DNA of 64,000 nucleotides from assembly GCF_009914755.1 (NCBI RefSeq), contig NC_060933.1. One strand, written 5' to 3'. This DNA is from the human T2T-CHM13v2.0 reference genome, Homo sapiens. The notes below the pieces were generated by a model. The model did no database searches, was not told where the DNA came from, and saw only the letters and a list, made by a program, of their open reading frames with translations. This document shows positions 12,081-26,976 of the stretch, in pieces. Both the position numbers and the translations under genes were made by a program. Numbering within the stretch: position 1 is the stretch's first letter; each line of letters starts with the position of its first letter.

Positions 12081-14237
12081 CTCTTAAGCTTTAAGTAAAG
12101 TAAGTTGTGGAGGAAAAAAGTGTGTTGGAATAAACTAATAAACTCACTATGGGTGAAGATCCATAGTTCTGCTAATATAAATTTGACATAATAACTACTG
12201 AGTATACTTTTTAATTAAGTTAGAGATAAAATGCATAGATTCTTATTGAATTTTTATATTATGCGTGATATTCACACAGAGGAACTATCCATTGAACAGG
12301 GGGGAGATGAGTCTTATCTCATTATTACTTCTCAATAATGGAATTGACTGACGTATTTTAAACAGACATTCAAAAAGTATCTCAGGTTAACCTTTGTATG
12401 CAATTTAGATGCAAAGCCTTTGCAAAATAGGACTCTACAATTAAATACATTGAAAATACTCATTAAGATGGTCAAACCAGCCCTTTTACATCCACGCTGA
12501 AATTACTCACAGATTATCCAGAGTCTGGAAGAAACTACAGAAATAGATCTGGCAATATAATATATTTTTAGTTGCAGGGTAATAACTCAATAAGATACAT
12601 GTTATTGACTGAGTTCCTCCAAACTATTGTTTCTTAGTTTTGTTTATGGATTCAATGTTATTGTTCAATATGTGCAAAAGCTGCATAAATTATTGTAGTG
12701 CACAGGCAGTATGAAACCACCAATTTACTTCACCTCACCACAGCATTAAATGTCAAGGTGTCAAGTTGTCCCTTCAGGTTTCACTGGCAAATGTAAATTA
12801 TTGCTAATAGAATGCAGCAGTGAAATTTCTGAATAACAAATGACTTTGAAAGCATCACTACTAGAAGGAACTATAGGACACTTGAGATAATTTATGATAC
12901 AAATATTTTCAAAAGCTGGTCTGCTTGGAAGGTTGATTTCTAAATGTAAAATAAATAACTGACAGAGTTCTGTGTTTTCAACTCATCCTCCTGCAATTTC
13001 TGTCAAATATATTCTTAAAGAAGTACTAGCTCTGACTGCAAACCTGCAGTGCCCTTAGAGTTCTAAAGTACTTGGTGGAAGACTCAGCTTCAAATGAATT
13101 CCCAAGTTTCCTCCAAACTAGCTTTCCTTAAAAAAAAAAGATTCATATATTCTCATTTCATATAATATATGGTGTATATTTAACATTCTAAAATATCACG
13201 AGAGCTTCTCAATGCTCTGACATCCTGCATTTATTTTCCTTACTATACTGCTCCCTACCCATTTTCAGTTGGGTGGCCATACCTATAAAGGAGTAGGGAA
13301 TACTACTCGTTCTATATACTTTTTACTGGAACATCTAGCAAATTCATTAAACTTTGAAGGAAATTGTGAAGGTAGGTTCCACGAAAAAGCTTAGAGAAAA
13401 CTATCAGTAAAAACAATCGATGACAGAAACCAAAAAGATCTCCACTATTTGCAATAAATTCTTCCATTTGGGCTCAGTCAAGGCAAGAATTCAGCAGGAC
13501 AGACATAGATACAACTAAAAGGATCATAAAGGCCTGCACTATATGTTAATTTTTTTCTTCACATAATTTCATATAGAAAAGTAAACCTAGAAGCCATCAT
13601 GCAAGATCTGCTATAAATATCAATACCTTGAAACATTAAGTAAAAATATATCATAATGGTCATAGCTATATACCTACATGGGAAATTGGAAGTAAATTGT
13701 TTACTAAAATGGTAACTTTTGGATTTCCTCAGTGTCTATTTACCCTTTATTACATATTCTATTTTGGTAATGTTTTAACCCAATTAGCCCATGTGTAAGC
13801 ATGCACTGTCAAACTCAGAATTTCTTAGTAATTTTGGAATAATTGTTTTTAATGAAAAAATGAATATAAATGAAATATGTTCATCTGAAAGAAGAGGTTA
13901 AATTACTGCTAGACTTCAAAGTAAATAGTTTTTCAGTGATTTTCAATGTAGGCACACATTCTTAAAACAATAGAAGTAACCTTGGAAGATGACCTTTGGA
14001 AAAATGTTCTACTCCTCAAAGTTTTCATTCCATCATTTAACTTATTTTAATATGCCTTACATTTTTCCTACCAACTCCTTTAAACAGAAAAGTAAAATCC
14101 TCTATACTTGTAATATGTGATTCTAAAGTTGTTTATATAATTTTACTAATGTCATGGTAAAATTATTTTTATGCTTATCGCCTTTCTTTTGTACAAACAG
14201 ATAAACTTGGCTACATATAATGCTTCTAGATCTATTA

Positions 14238-14425
14238 TGAGGTTTCTCAACATTTGTTGAACATAAAAATCATTTGGAGGCCTTGTTAGAATTGTGATTT
14301 TCATTTCCGTTTCCAAAGATATGACTGATATGCTAGGAGTGACATGGGACTCAGAAATCTGCACTTTGGCAAGTTAGCCCATATGACCTGGATATTGGTG
14401 TTACATGGTACACACTTTGAGTAAA
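14238..14425. mobile_element. MER5-type hAT/Charlie MITE relic
   Basis: ggtttctcaa...aatcatttggaggccttgttagaa...gggactcagaaatctgcacttt...cacactttgagtaa. Confidence 0.6.
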
Positions 14426-14777
14426 AGTAGCAATGGCAGTACTTGGCAGGTGCCTTATAAGCAGACATATGAATCAAATAAACTCAAAATATTTTTCAAT
14501 CTAGGACTTCATAATTAATCTATCCACTAATTAATTTACCACTAATCTGATCATTATTAATGGAATAGATTTATTATTTTATAATATATAATAAATTTAA
14601 TAAATAATTACAATTATTCCATTATTTATTAATGGAACAGATTTGGGAGTAAAGCTTCCTATAATAGTTTCAATATTACTTTACTGTTGAATTTAAAGTT
14701 AAGAATATTTCAATACTATTTTATTGTTAAATTTAAATTAAGAATGAGGAGATGGAACAAGATATAGGGGAAATTGT

Positions 14778-14937
14778 GAACTTTGGAACCAGATACATCT
14801 GGATTGGAGTTACAACTCTGCCACTTACGAGATGTGTAACTTTAGGGAATAGTCTTAATTGTTGAGACTCAGTTTTTGTTTTGTTTTCTAAATGATAGAG
14901 CCAACAATAACTTTGCAGGATGATTATAAGAAATAAA
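14778..14937 (+). mobile_element. MIR SINE
   Basis: ctttggaaccagatacatctggattgga...ctctgccacttacgagatgtgtaactttaggg. Confidence 0.75.
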
Positions 14938-15094
14938 AATAATTTTTGAGTTTGTATCTGACCAGTAATAGGGCAGCCATACATATTTTATTAAAAACTG
15001 TAACTATTTTACTTTGTCTTCTTGTAGAAAAGTGTACCATTGTTTGGTTTGCCTAGTGATTGAGTATTGATTACCACTGGCAATTAACTGCTGA

Positions 15095-15762
15095 ATCCTC
15101 TCAAATTTTTTTTAAGGTTCAGGCCACCTTTATTTTTTACCAGGATTATTACAAAAGCTTCCTAATTATTATCCATGACTCTAATCTTCCTCTCTTTTAA
15201 TCCATTTCCTGTCAAATACCCAGGTGGATTATATTAAAATCCAAGTCTACTGAGACATCTCCCTGATGCTTAAAATTAGCAGTGGTTTCCTATTGTACTC
15301 AGAAAACAGGTCACTCTAAGCAGTCTTTCATGATTTTGACATTGCTTATGTCTCCTGCATTATTTCTAATCATTCCTAATTTACTTCTTAGTTTCTAGCC
15401 ATATAGACACTGCAAATTGCATGAAGAAACTAAGCTCTCTCTTACCTATTTCTTACACATATTACACTACCCTTTACCTGGCTTACCTGTACACACATAT
15501 CAGAAATGACATAAGACATTCCTTCTTCTTACATGCTCTACACCACTCACTAGGCTGTTTGATTTTACTTTCTCAGAAATCTCGCTATGACATGTACAAC
15601 AAATACGACACTGAATTGTAGTTGCTTTTACTTGCCACCCTACTCCAGTGGATCATGAGCCCCTTGAGACTGGACATTACATTTCTTTACTTATATTCCA
15701 ATGCGCAACACAGTGCTTGCCTCATAACACTTCTCCTTAAAGGTATTTGTTGAAATAATGAA
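15095..15762 (+). mobile_element. L2 LINE 3' relic
   Basis: L2-like body and 3' end (tgagccccttgagac...acacagtgcttgcctcata...tatttgttgaaataatgaa). Confidence 0.65.
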
Positions 15763-17084
15763 GGCATTATCTTATTCAATGCAACAGTGTCAGAGAAGTT
15801 TCCAGGCTCTGGATTTATCATCTAAACTTAACGGTTGTGGTAAAGAGGGAAATATGGTCAAGTTAAAGGCCAATAGGAAGTCCTAAGACTATCAAGCTTC
15901 TAGATAATACAAAGTGGTTTTCAGAAAGAACATAGGCATTGAAGGCTTTGGAACAACCCTCTTGTAAGTGCAGCTAGATACATTTCGCTGCAAAACATAT
16001 TCTCTGTCACACAGTATGTTTCACAGTGTTTTTCTAGCTCTGCAATAATAGAAGCCAGTGTTTTCAGTATTCTTCACTCCATCTTGCAAACGTGACTATG
16101 AAAGAAGAAATATGCTAAAAATTCAGAAACTAAAGGACTATGATTAGCCCTTTATTACTTTGGTTTATATTTATACTTTCTTAAAAAACTGAAAATCACT
16201 TTTGTTTAAAACCAAGGTTTTTCCTAATGCATTACAAACATTCTTGAACTGAGCAAGAAATAATTTTACATTTCACCCACCTATGTATTGTGTACCTAAA
16301 GTTATTTTTGCCTATGAATACAGTATGTTTTACTATTTTTAATTTCAACATTGGAAATACTAATTTCACAAAAAATATATTAAGTACCTACAATTTGCTA
16401 GACAATGTGCTAGACACTCAAGATAAAAGGGTAAACTCTTCTAAGCACATGTGATCATAAATATCACAAATTTACCTCGAGTAAAGTTGCATTTTCAACA
16501 ATGATTTTGAAGTGTTCTTTGAATCTTTTGTTAAATTTTACTTTAAAGTAGTTTTTAAGTATTTTGTAAATTGACTTTGATAAAGGACAGCATGCATATT
16601 TTAGAAAGTATTCTGATTATAAAATTCCTCAAATCTCTATATTTAGAGGTATTATATACCTAGCTAAAATGCTAAGTAAATTAGTAAGTGGGAAAAAAAA
16701 CTTTGGGACCTCTTTAAATTCCTCATATTAAAATTAATCTTAAATCATGTATCTAATTGTTATTGTAATGAAAATAGATGAGTGTTTTTATCATAATTAT
16801 CTACTTATAGTTATTATACCTAAAAAATTAATAGGAAATATAGCATGGAGATTGACAGAATACTTGAGTAGTGAGATATATTTTTCTATAATTTTACTAT
16901 GAAGAGAATGAGATAAGCCATTAACATAGATTAAATACATGTTGCAAACAGCCATAGTGTGAAGGTCTTTACATATGTTACTGAAACCCACATGGATATC
17001 GTGATGTTAATTTTTTAATACACAAATTGCCTAGTATAGTGCTTGGGATGCAATAACAAAGAATAAATTAAAATACTTGTTATT

Positions 17085-17220
17085 CTTTACAACCAGCTTG
17101 AAGAAAAAATTTCCCCATTTCACAGATAAGGAAAATAAGCTTCAAAAACATTGTATTTTGCCCAAAGTCACATTGCTTAGAAGTGGCAAACCAAGATTCA
17201 ACCAATTTCTATTCACCTTT
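17085..17220 (-). mobile_element. MIR SINE
   Basis: ccccatttcacagataaggaaaataagc...ttgcccaaagtcacattgcttagaagtggcaaaccaagattcaa. Confidence 0.75.
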
Positions 17221-19615
17221 CGTGTTCTTATTCAAAGTCACTTTTCTGGGATCTGTACCCAGTAGACCAAGGCATCTTGTTAGTACCTTCCAAAAAATTG
17301 AGTGAAGACTACATATTTCCTTATATGGTACTCCCCACTTCTTTACCTCCCTTTTCTACAGGAGAGTCCCATCATTTTCCCTGAACAATCATATTACTCT
17401 GTTGTAATACTATTTACAATCTACTGAAAGAACTTGAGGACCTATTACAGACGTTTCAGTTATGGGTGTGATACAACAGAAGAAATCAGGAAACGGGTGT
17501 TAGAAAGTTTAGTGTCAGTCATTAAAAGAGAACGCTTGTTATAGGTGGGGAAAATATTAGAAATATAAGTTAATAAAGGTGAAGCTGCTTTGTAAAGAAA
17601 AAATTTGAATCTTTGAGGAGACTAAACGTTAGGTTGGAAGACCAAAATTAAAAATTATTGCACTACTTTATGAGTAGGAAGAAATTCTATTTGTGAACAT
17701 TTTCAAGGAAAGGCTGATGATTTTCTCTCAGAAACATATAAAATCCATTATTATATCTGGGTAGATTAGATGACTTTTTATTCCTTTGCAACTCTGAGAT
17801 ATGTTTAAAAGTGACTTTTGCTTTTAGTGGTCTTCATATTTCAGAACCTGACATTCTGCTTGACCCATAGTTAAGGATGTAGTAGTTTTTTTTTACCTTA
17901 TAAAATAGATGTCTTGGCTTCACTTCAATATTTACTGTAAGCAAAAAAAAACATTATCCAGGGACAACATTTTTGCAGGTACACTGTCTCTTAAATAGAT
18001 ATCCAAGAATAAAAGTCTTTAAAAATATTTCTGGGAAAATTTTCATCCTGGTGTCCTACTTATTGATGCATTTTTCTCTCAAGTCTATTAATGAAATAAT
18101 TTCCCTTTTCAGAATATGGGTATACGCTGTTTATCTGGCTAGTTTAATGATGAGCATTGGTTATAAAAGATGCTTTGATCAAACAATCTTCATAACAGCC
18201 TGAAAAAGAAACATCTTTAGAACCAAGAGTTAAAAGAATGTTGAGCCTCTTCAGGAAAAATATCCTATCTGGAGAAAGAAGATTGTGGCTATTTATTGTA
18301 GCAATCATAAGTACAGTAAAGACTGGGAAAAAGTTATCATTCAGTTTTAATCAGGTTACTCAAATAGAACAGCTGCAAGCAGAGATTGCTGTTTAGGCTG
18401 AAAATGGGAAAGACTCTTTCTTATAAAGTATAATGCTGTAGGGTCATATATAAAAAATGGAACCTTTTTTGCTTTTTTCATAACAAAGCATAAAAGCATG
18501 TTTTAACCAGTTTTAGGCCTAACTGGATATTGATTACTATCACCATACAATGGCCCAGATATACTTTCAAGGACAAAGGTGGGTAAAAAAATTCATTTAA
18601 TCATAAAATTCATCCTTTTTTATACATTTTGTTTTCTTGAATTATTATTTTCCACTTATTAATGATCATGAAAGCCAGAAGTTTGAATGAAAGTTTCTTT
18701 AAGTCTCCCAATATCACCTGTAGTAAGGTTTTAAGTTGCCAACAAACAACAGAAGCTATTTTTTAAAACAGTGAATCCTGCTTATTCATTTAAATACTAA
18801 AGTTTTTAATATTCATTTTTTCCTTGGGGTAAGTAGAGATGCATTAATTGATCCATGATGTTCTGGGATAGTTTTTCTTCTAAAGGAAGAATCTAGGAAA
18901 TCAGCAGACATAAAATGTTGCCATCATGATTTAATTAGGATCAGTCTAATACAATTACATATAAAATATCAATTTTCTTTAAGGAATATCAAGGTAATGC
19001 CCAGGTTTAATTCTGCAAGTGTTTGGAACCTTATAGGCTGTGATCAGCTATGATCTCTTTTTAAAAAGTTGAAATAAAAAATACTTCCTTCACTTTCTAA
19101 TCTTTGCATGAGATAATCCAAATTAACTGCTCTGGGGCCATAACTGGCACTCATAAATAACCTGCTGTCTACAGGCACTGGCCTTCATGTTTACTTGATT
19201 CTTTCTGTCTTCCTAGAGGCAAAGAAAAGAAACTTCTGTAGAAGGGATATTTTCAGTGCATAATAATCTTCACCTCAAAAGCTTTTCTTTTCACTTCAGA
19301 AATCACTAGCTGTATTTGCTACTCTTTGCGGATAGCATCTGATGGTATCTCTGGCTAGTATGTGGTCATTAGTGTCAACCTTTTTTCTTTCTTTCAGTGC
19401 TATCCTTGTACATAATTTGCCATTTTGGTAATAGTTATTTGAGCATTTGAAGCTTAAATAACAAAGACTGTGATAATTTTTGGAGTGTTTTAATAGGCTG
19501 TAATAGGCTAGAATAATCCAGTTTCTTTTATTTTAAGATCATCCTATTGACATTCAGGGAAACTTCGTCTGTAAAAAAGAAAGATACAATTTAGGTCAAT
19601 CAAAAATGTGTATGC

Positions 19616-19978
<363 letters not shown>

Positions 19979-21134
19979 TCAAAAACACGAAGCCACAGGC
20001 ATCCTCAAGCAATGTTGATGGGAGTAGAAGTGTGTATACAATTAGCGGTAGACACTTGTTTTGGGGACACGTTTTTAAGAAAGAAAAAAATGTTGACTTT
20101 CCCTTCTTACTGCCCTCCAAAGAGGCCTTACCTGGTGGCTCAGCATCACCATGACTCCTTAAGAATTAGTGTTTCATTATTTTATAAGAATCATAAACTC
20201 ATTAGCTCATCATTTAGAAATGATTAATGTATTATTGTCTACTTCAGATAGGTATTGCAAAGTAAGACTCTCAGGAAATGATTCAAGGGAAGGACATTTG
20301 AGATCTCAAATACTTGATAGACATAGTATTTAAGTAGCTTGAAGGTCTTCCAACTGGTGAACCCATCCAGTGACAAGCATAAAAATGAGATACACATGCA
20401 AGGTGTTAGCAAACAATGAAAGACTGAAGGGAAGACCCAAAGGCCAATTTAGTCCTTTATAATTTGTGGATATTTATAACTACAATTAGGCCACTGATTT
20501 GTGAATTGAAAAAATGCAAAATAAAAAATGGTTTTGAAAAATTATTAACCATAGATATTTTCATTTAAATGATATGCAAGCCCAAAGGGAAACACTCACA
20601 AAAGAGGATATCCTGGCTGATTCTAGGACATTGTTCTGGGTCATAACTGGTACTATCTATGGGGAACCTGTAACTATACATAATTAGAAAATCCTTGGGT
20701 CCTTTGACCCAAGAGCATATGAGAAGCTCCTTAAATATGGGTCAATAAGAATTCAGTTATTAGTTCTTAATTTATGGTCTTACGTGATAATAAACATTGT
20801 TCCCAGGTATTCTAAGACCCTCATGGCAAGGGGAAGATATCAAATCCAATAAAGTCTTATTTGGATTGCCTAGGATACGGCTTCTGTGCTGCCCACAGAT
20901 GTTACTTTAACTTCCTACCCAGGAACAGAAGATGAACGGTGAAACTTTCAATTGTATCCTTTGTCATGCCATTCTTGTATCTTTTTGACATAAATTAAGG
21001 CTTGTAGCTGGACAGAATTACTCTGCCAAATATGGAAAGTAATGTCATTCTTTCATATTTGTGGTCAAGAATGGCACCACAAACTGCTAGATCTCCAAAA
21101 TACATAGCTTGGAAGCCATTTCTATAAGAGAAGG

Positions 21135-21621
21135 TGTATTAGTCCATTCTCATATTGCCATGAAGAAATACCATCCTGGGAGATGGAGGTTGTAGTGAGC
21201 CAAGAAAGTGCCACTGCACTCCAGCCTGGGTGACAGAGCAAGACTCTGTCTCAAAAATAATAATAATAAATAAAAACAAATAAACAAAATTAAAAAAAAG
21301 AAATACCTGAAACTGGGTAATTTATAAAGAGAACGACGTTTAATGGACTCACACTTCCATATGCCTGGGGAGGCCTCACAATCACGGCAGAGGCGAAGGA
21401 GGAGCAAACGCCCATCTTACATGACAGCAGGCAAGAGAAAATGTGTGGGGGCACTACCCTTTATAAAACTATCAGTTCGCATGAGACTTATTCACTATCA
21501 CAGAAACAACCCACCCCCATGATTTCATTACCTCCCACTGAGTTCCTCCCATGACACATGGGGATTATGGGAGCTACAATTCAAGATGAGATTTGGCTGT
21601 GGACACAGCCAAACCATATCA
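21135..21621 (-). mobile_element. THE1 (MaLR) solo LTR, THE1C/D-like
   Basis: Termini tgtattagtcc...gccaaaccatatca; 5-bp TSD gaagg at 21130-21134 and 21622-21626. Confidence 0.92.
21173..21297 (+). mobile_element. 5'-truncated Alu inserted in the THE1 LTR
   Basis: Alu 3' end and A-rich tail; TSD aagaaatacc at 21163-21172 and 21298-21307. Confidence 0.92.
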
Positions 21622-22103
21622 GAAGGCATATATTGTTTAAGGTTTTAGTGATTGTGCAGAATTAGGACATGCATTACGAGTTGCATTGATAATTTTAACA
21701 TTAAAGTGTGCCTTATATAGACATTAATTTTGGAAATGTGTATACTTTAAAATATTCATAAGCCCATAACAAATTTATTAAACAAACAATGTGGGGCAAA
21801 TAATAGCATCAGCACATGGTAGAGGCCGAAACTCCTGAGCAGAATTGTCAGCAGATGCATACATTCCCAGATCACTCAGCATCATACAAAGCATGATGCT
21901 GAGGCCCATATGCAGTTGTTGTAACCTAGGGCTCTGCCCTACCAGGGAGACTCTTGCTTCTTATTTCTCTTCCTTTCGATAAGCATCCAAGAGGCCTTGT
22001 CACTGTAACAGATTTGCTGAGCTGGGGAAAAAAGAACTTGATATTGGCATTGGGAATTCTGCTGGAGGGGAAGGGCAGAATACATAACTCCAAACTCAGT
22101 CTT

Positions 22104-22535
22104 TTTTGTTTAATTTTTAATTATTATGAATATAAATAATTGTACATATTTATGGAGTACATGTGATATTTTGATACAAGCATACAATGTGTAATGATCA
22201 AATCAAGGTAATTGGCGTATTTATCACCTCAAGCACTTATAATTTATTTGTGTTAGAAACATTCCAATTTTACTTTTAGTTATTTTGAAATATACAATTA
22301 TTGTTAACTATAATTGCCCTGTTGTGCTATGGAACACTGGATTTATTCCTCTCATCTAACTGCGTTTTTGTACTGATTAGCCAACACCTCTTCATCCTCC
22401 AATTACCCTTCTCAGACTCGTAACCACCATTCAACTTTCTATCTCCATGAGTTCAATTTATTAGTAAAAGCATGTGATATTTGTCTTCTGGACCTGACTT
22501 ACTCCACTTAACATAATAACCTCAAGTTCCATCCA
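22104..22535 (-). mobile_element. L1MA-type 3'UTR fragment
   Basis: tgtacatatttatggagtacatgtgatattttgatacaagcatacaatgtgtaatgatcaaatc; TSD actcagtctt at 22094-22103 and 22535-22544. Confidence 0.88.
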
Positions 22536-25075
22536 CTCAGTCTTCTTTTCATGCAAAAAGTCTCACATTGGAAAATTAGTATTCTATGTTACCTTTTATA
22601 CAGTGATGTTTCAAGATGTTATGGATGCACTGCCTCCCATTTTTCCCCCACTTGATTCTTTCTCCAAGACATCTGGAGGCTCTAGAAGCTGGCTTGCTAG
22701 AAAGCAGTTGAAGAGCATCTCAGAAGGAGAATGCAACCAATGGGGCTATCATACCCAGTGTACTAAATGCTCCCATTTTGCCTTTTTAGCTAATCCTTTG
22801 GGTATCCCCCTTTCTCTGCACACACAGTTTCTAGAACTGTTCCCCCTTTAAAATAATGTTTCCTAGCTTGTTACTTATTACTGGCCATCAGATTCTTAAA
22901 TAGTTGTCTAACTTCTAATATGCATCACACCAAACATCAGCTTCTACTAGACTAACTAGGTAGTATCACCCGCAGCAGACCCAGCCTCCTACTAGCAATT
23001 AATAAATTTTAAGATTCTGTCCAGACTTCGTGTCAGCCTACTATTTCCTGAAGCTATGTTATGCCAGAGGACTCCAGACACTATGGACCTTTTCTTTGCA
23101 TATCTTCTTCTTTTTTCTCCTGGCTTGCTGGAAGGCAAAGCATCCACCTCTCATAGGCTCTCTAGTGAACCACCCTTGTTCCCGTGGATGAAAGTGCCCC
23201 ACCTCCAGATACTGCAGTTGAACCTTCCTTCCGTACACTGAAACAATGTGTGCCCCATGTTGGGTGTAACGATTAAGCAAAAAACTTGAGAGGAACACCA
23301 GTAGCATCACTTGATTTAGGTTTTAACTCATATAATTAAAGATTATATGAGTTTTCTCTTACTTGGCAGACTTCAGAGCAATGTACTTTGGCTATAGTAC
23401 AGCTGTCCACACCATGTGTCAGGATTCCAGAAATGGTTCCTTGCTCATTGTTTCCCTTAAGAATGCAGCCAGAATATGTGTGGTCTTATCAGAAGGAGAA
23501 ACATATTTTGGGCTTGGCCACTGTGGTAGATATGAAGACGCATAGCCTTAAATTTCCCTTCAAGGAATAACTTACTAACTAGCTATAGAAAATGTGGTTC
23601 AGAAAAAGCATCTAGCTGTCATTGCCTTTGGGGTCTGCTTTAGTTTAAGAGAGCTTCCTTAAATTAGTCAACATCCTTCCCAGAGTAACCAATCTTCTGC
23701 AGTATGAGATTAAGTCAGATTTAGGGAGAAAAGGTCAGCATAAAGACAGGAGTGCATCCTCATCCCATTGCCACTTAGCTACCTTGAATCAAATGAGTGA
23801 GAAAAATTATCAATTGGGACTGGCTTTCCATGTCATCATAAAGGTATATCTATCTAAGTAGCAATAGAGAATATATTTTATTGAAAAGTTTTTGGCCATA
23901 TTTTAAAATTTTAAATATTTATACATACTATAAATGTATAATATCTTTTTGTATCTTTCCTTAGGCCAAGTATTGCACATTGGAACATTCCTGGTTCTAG
24001 TGTACAAAAACAAACAAAATAACAACCAAAAAAAATTGATAGAATCTAAATGTACACTTCTAAGTTTTCATTTAAATTTTGCATAAATGATCTAAAAGAG
24101 TCTGAACTCTGAGTCCTAACTGCCATCATTGTTGAGCAAAAGTCTTGAGCAAATATGAAGAGAAATGTTTGATATAGACTGGAAATTATAGGTAGGAGAG
24201 TTAACTGACCACAAATATCCTGCCTTTTGGAAATTGTGGGGCTGTGTTTCTTTAGAGGGACCTCACCTCCCTGTTCTCCCTTTTGTTTGGGTCAAGAATG
24301 AATGTGGTCTCATGTGGGAGAATAAACATTTTGGATTCAGGCACTAAGCAGTCTGAGGTTATATGCTGGATAATTTAGGAAGGCCTTGGGGGAAAACTAA
24401 CATGCTAGAACCTAGAAACTTTGGGAAATCCATTCCTGTGGAAAGTTGAGCTGTGTACAGTTTCTACAGTGGGGAAGAATGGTGGTTTGTTAATTTGTTA
24501 ACTAATTTGTTAACAGGCAAAACAGAGATTGACTTTGGTCATACACCAGAAAATTCAATTGCTCTCTACTGTCTACAGAATGACTCTGCAGAATAGATAG
24601 GAATAAAACCAATGTTTCCAAAGGTAAAAAGTGTACAGGTACAATGTTTACAGAAAAGGACAGGATTTGTGTTCCATCAGCAGCCAATCAAATATTATTA
24701 TTGCTTTTCTTTTTGATTTAGCAGTGTATACATGAAAAAAGGAATTTCATTTCTTTCAATTATTATCTTCTTTAATATATTGGCTTAAATTTCCTGTTTA
24801 CCTGTAACCCATACATAGATCAAGAGAAAGGAATTTTAGGTTAAAGAATTATTTAATCTTTGCATATATATTTCTTAGGGAGATACAGTTTTAGACCTGC
24901 AGTTTCTATGCTGTTCATCTAGACCAAACATGTGAAATTTGAATATTAGCTACCTTAAGTACTAGGTATATTTCTTGGACCAAAACATTTCTATAACTAT
25001 ATAAACATTTTTATATGATTAAAGGCAAAGATAAGATGTGCTGTATAGATTTTAATTGCTTATTAAAATATACAT

Positions 25076-25227
25076 ATTAGCCAGGTGTGGCAGTATGCAG
25101 CTGTAGTCCCAGCTACTCAGGAGGCTAAGGCAGGAGAATCGCTTGAACCTGAGAGGTGGAGTGAGCTGAGATTGCGCCACTGCACTTCAGACTGGGTGAC
25201 CGAGTGAGACACTGTCTCAAAAAAAAA
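25076..25227 (+). mobile_element. Alu right-monomer fragment
   Basis: attagccaggtgtgg...ctgtagtcccagctactcaggaggct...gtctcaaaaaaaaa. Confidence 0.9.
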
Positions 25228-25263
25228 TCTATATCTATATTTATATTAGAAATTCATAATTTA

Positions 25264-26976
25264 TCTTGTAAATGTGTTTAAGTTCTTTGTAGATTCTGGA
25301 TACTAGCCCTTTGTCAGACGGATAGAGTGCAAACATTTTCTCCCATTCTGTAGGTTACCTGTTCACTCTGATGATAGTTTTTTTTTTCTGTGCAGAAGCT
25401 CTTTAGTTTAATCAGATCCCATTTGTCTATTTTGGCTTTTGTTGCCATTTCTTTGGTGTTTTAGTCATGAAGTCTTTGCCCATGCCTATGTCCTGAATGG
25501 AACATGTCCTGAATGGTATTGTCTAGGTTTTCTTCTAGGGTTTTTATGGTTTTAAGTCTTACATTTAAGTCTTTAATCCATCTTGAGTTGATTTTTGTAT
25601 AAGATGTAAGGAAGGGATCCAGTTTCAGCTTTCTGCATATGGCTATCCAGTTTTCCCAACACCATTTATTAAACAGGAAATTCTTTCACTATTGCTTGTT
25701 TTGGTCAGGGTTGTCAAAGATCAAATGGTTGTAGATGTGTGGCATTATTTCTGAGGCCTCTGTTCTGTTCCATTGGTCTATATGTCTGGTTTGGTAAGAG
25801 TACCATTCTGTTTTTGTTACTGTAGCCTTGTAGTATAGTCTGAAGTCAGGTAGTGTGATGCCTCTAGCTTTGTTCTTTTGCTTACGATTATCTTGGCTGT
25901 GCAGGTTCTTTTTTGGTTCCACATGAAATTTAAAGTCGTTTTTTCCAGTTCTGTGAAGAAAGTCAATGGTAGCTTGATCGGGATAGCATTGAATCTATAA
26001 ATTACTTTGGGCAGTATGGCCATTTTGACGATATTGATTCTTCCTATCCATGAGCATAGAATGTTTTTCCATTTATTTGTGTCCTCTGTTATTTCCTTGA
26101 GCAGTGGTTTGTAGTTCTCCTTGAAGAGGTCCTTCACATTCCTTGAAAAAGTCGGCAAAGGATATGAACAGACACTTCTCAAAAGAAGACATTTATGCAG
26201 CCAACGAACATTGAAAAAAAGCTCATCATCACTGGTCATTAGAGAAATGCAAAGCAAAACCACAATGAGATACCACCTCATGGCAGTTAGAATGGTGATC
26301 ATTAAAAAGTCAGGAAACAACAGGTGCTGGAGAGGATGTGGAGAAATAGGAATGCTTTTCCACTGTTGATAGGAGTGTAAATCAGTTCAACCATTGTGGA
26401 AGACAGAGTGGCAATTCCTCAAAGATCTAGAACTAGAAATACCATTTGACCCAGCGATCCCATTACCAGGTATATACTCAAAAGATTATAAATCATTCTA
26501 CAATAAAGACACATGCACACATATGTTTATTGCAGCACTGTTCACAATAGCAAAGTCTTGGAACCAACCCAAATGCCCATCAATGATAGACTGGATAAAG
26601 AAAATATGGCACATATGCACCATGGAATACTATGCAGCCATAAAATAGGATGACTTCATGTCCTTTGCAGGGACATGAATGACATTGGGAACATCATTCA
26701 CAGAAAACTAACACAAGAACAGAAAATCAAACATCGCATGTTCTCACTCTTAAGTGGGAGTTGAACAATGAGAACACATGGAGACAGGGAGGGGAACATC
26801 ACAAACTGAGGCTTGCCGGCGGGTGAGGGGCTAGGGGAGGGATAGCATTAGGAGAAATTCCTAATGTAGATGACGGGTTGATGGGTGCAGCAAACCACCA
26901 TGGCACGTATATACCTATGTAACAAACCTGCACGTTCTGCACATGTTCCCCAATACTTAAAGTATAATAACAAAAG
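25264..26976 (+). mobile_element. 5'-inverted LINE-1, L1PA7-like
   Basis: Antisense ORF2 segment 25264-26145, then sense ORF2 end and 3'UTR 26146-26976; 15-bp TSD gaaattcataattta at 25249-25263 and 26977-26991. Confidence 0.96.

Noticed and set aside
17340-17430. Strong-looking plus-strand acceptor (cccttttctacag), with similar ones at ~19398, 41147 and 60256
   Set aside because: No paired consensus donor or recognisable peptide; such sites are abundant in introns
23522-23700. Possible LTR16-like ERVL relic
   Set aside because: Similarity too faint to call without alignment
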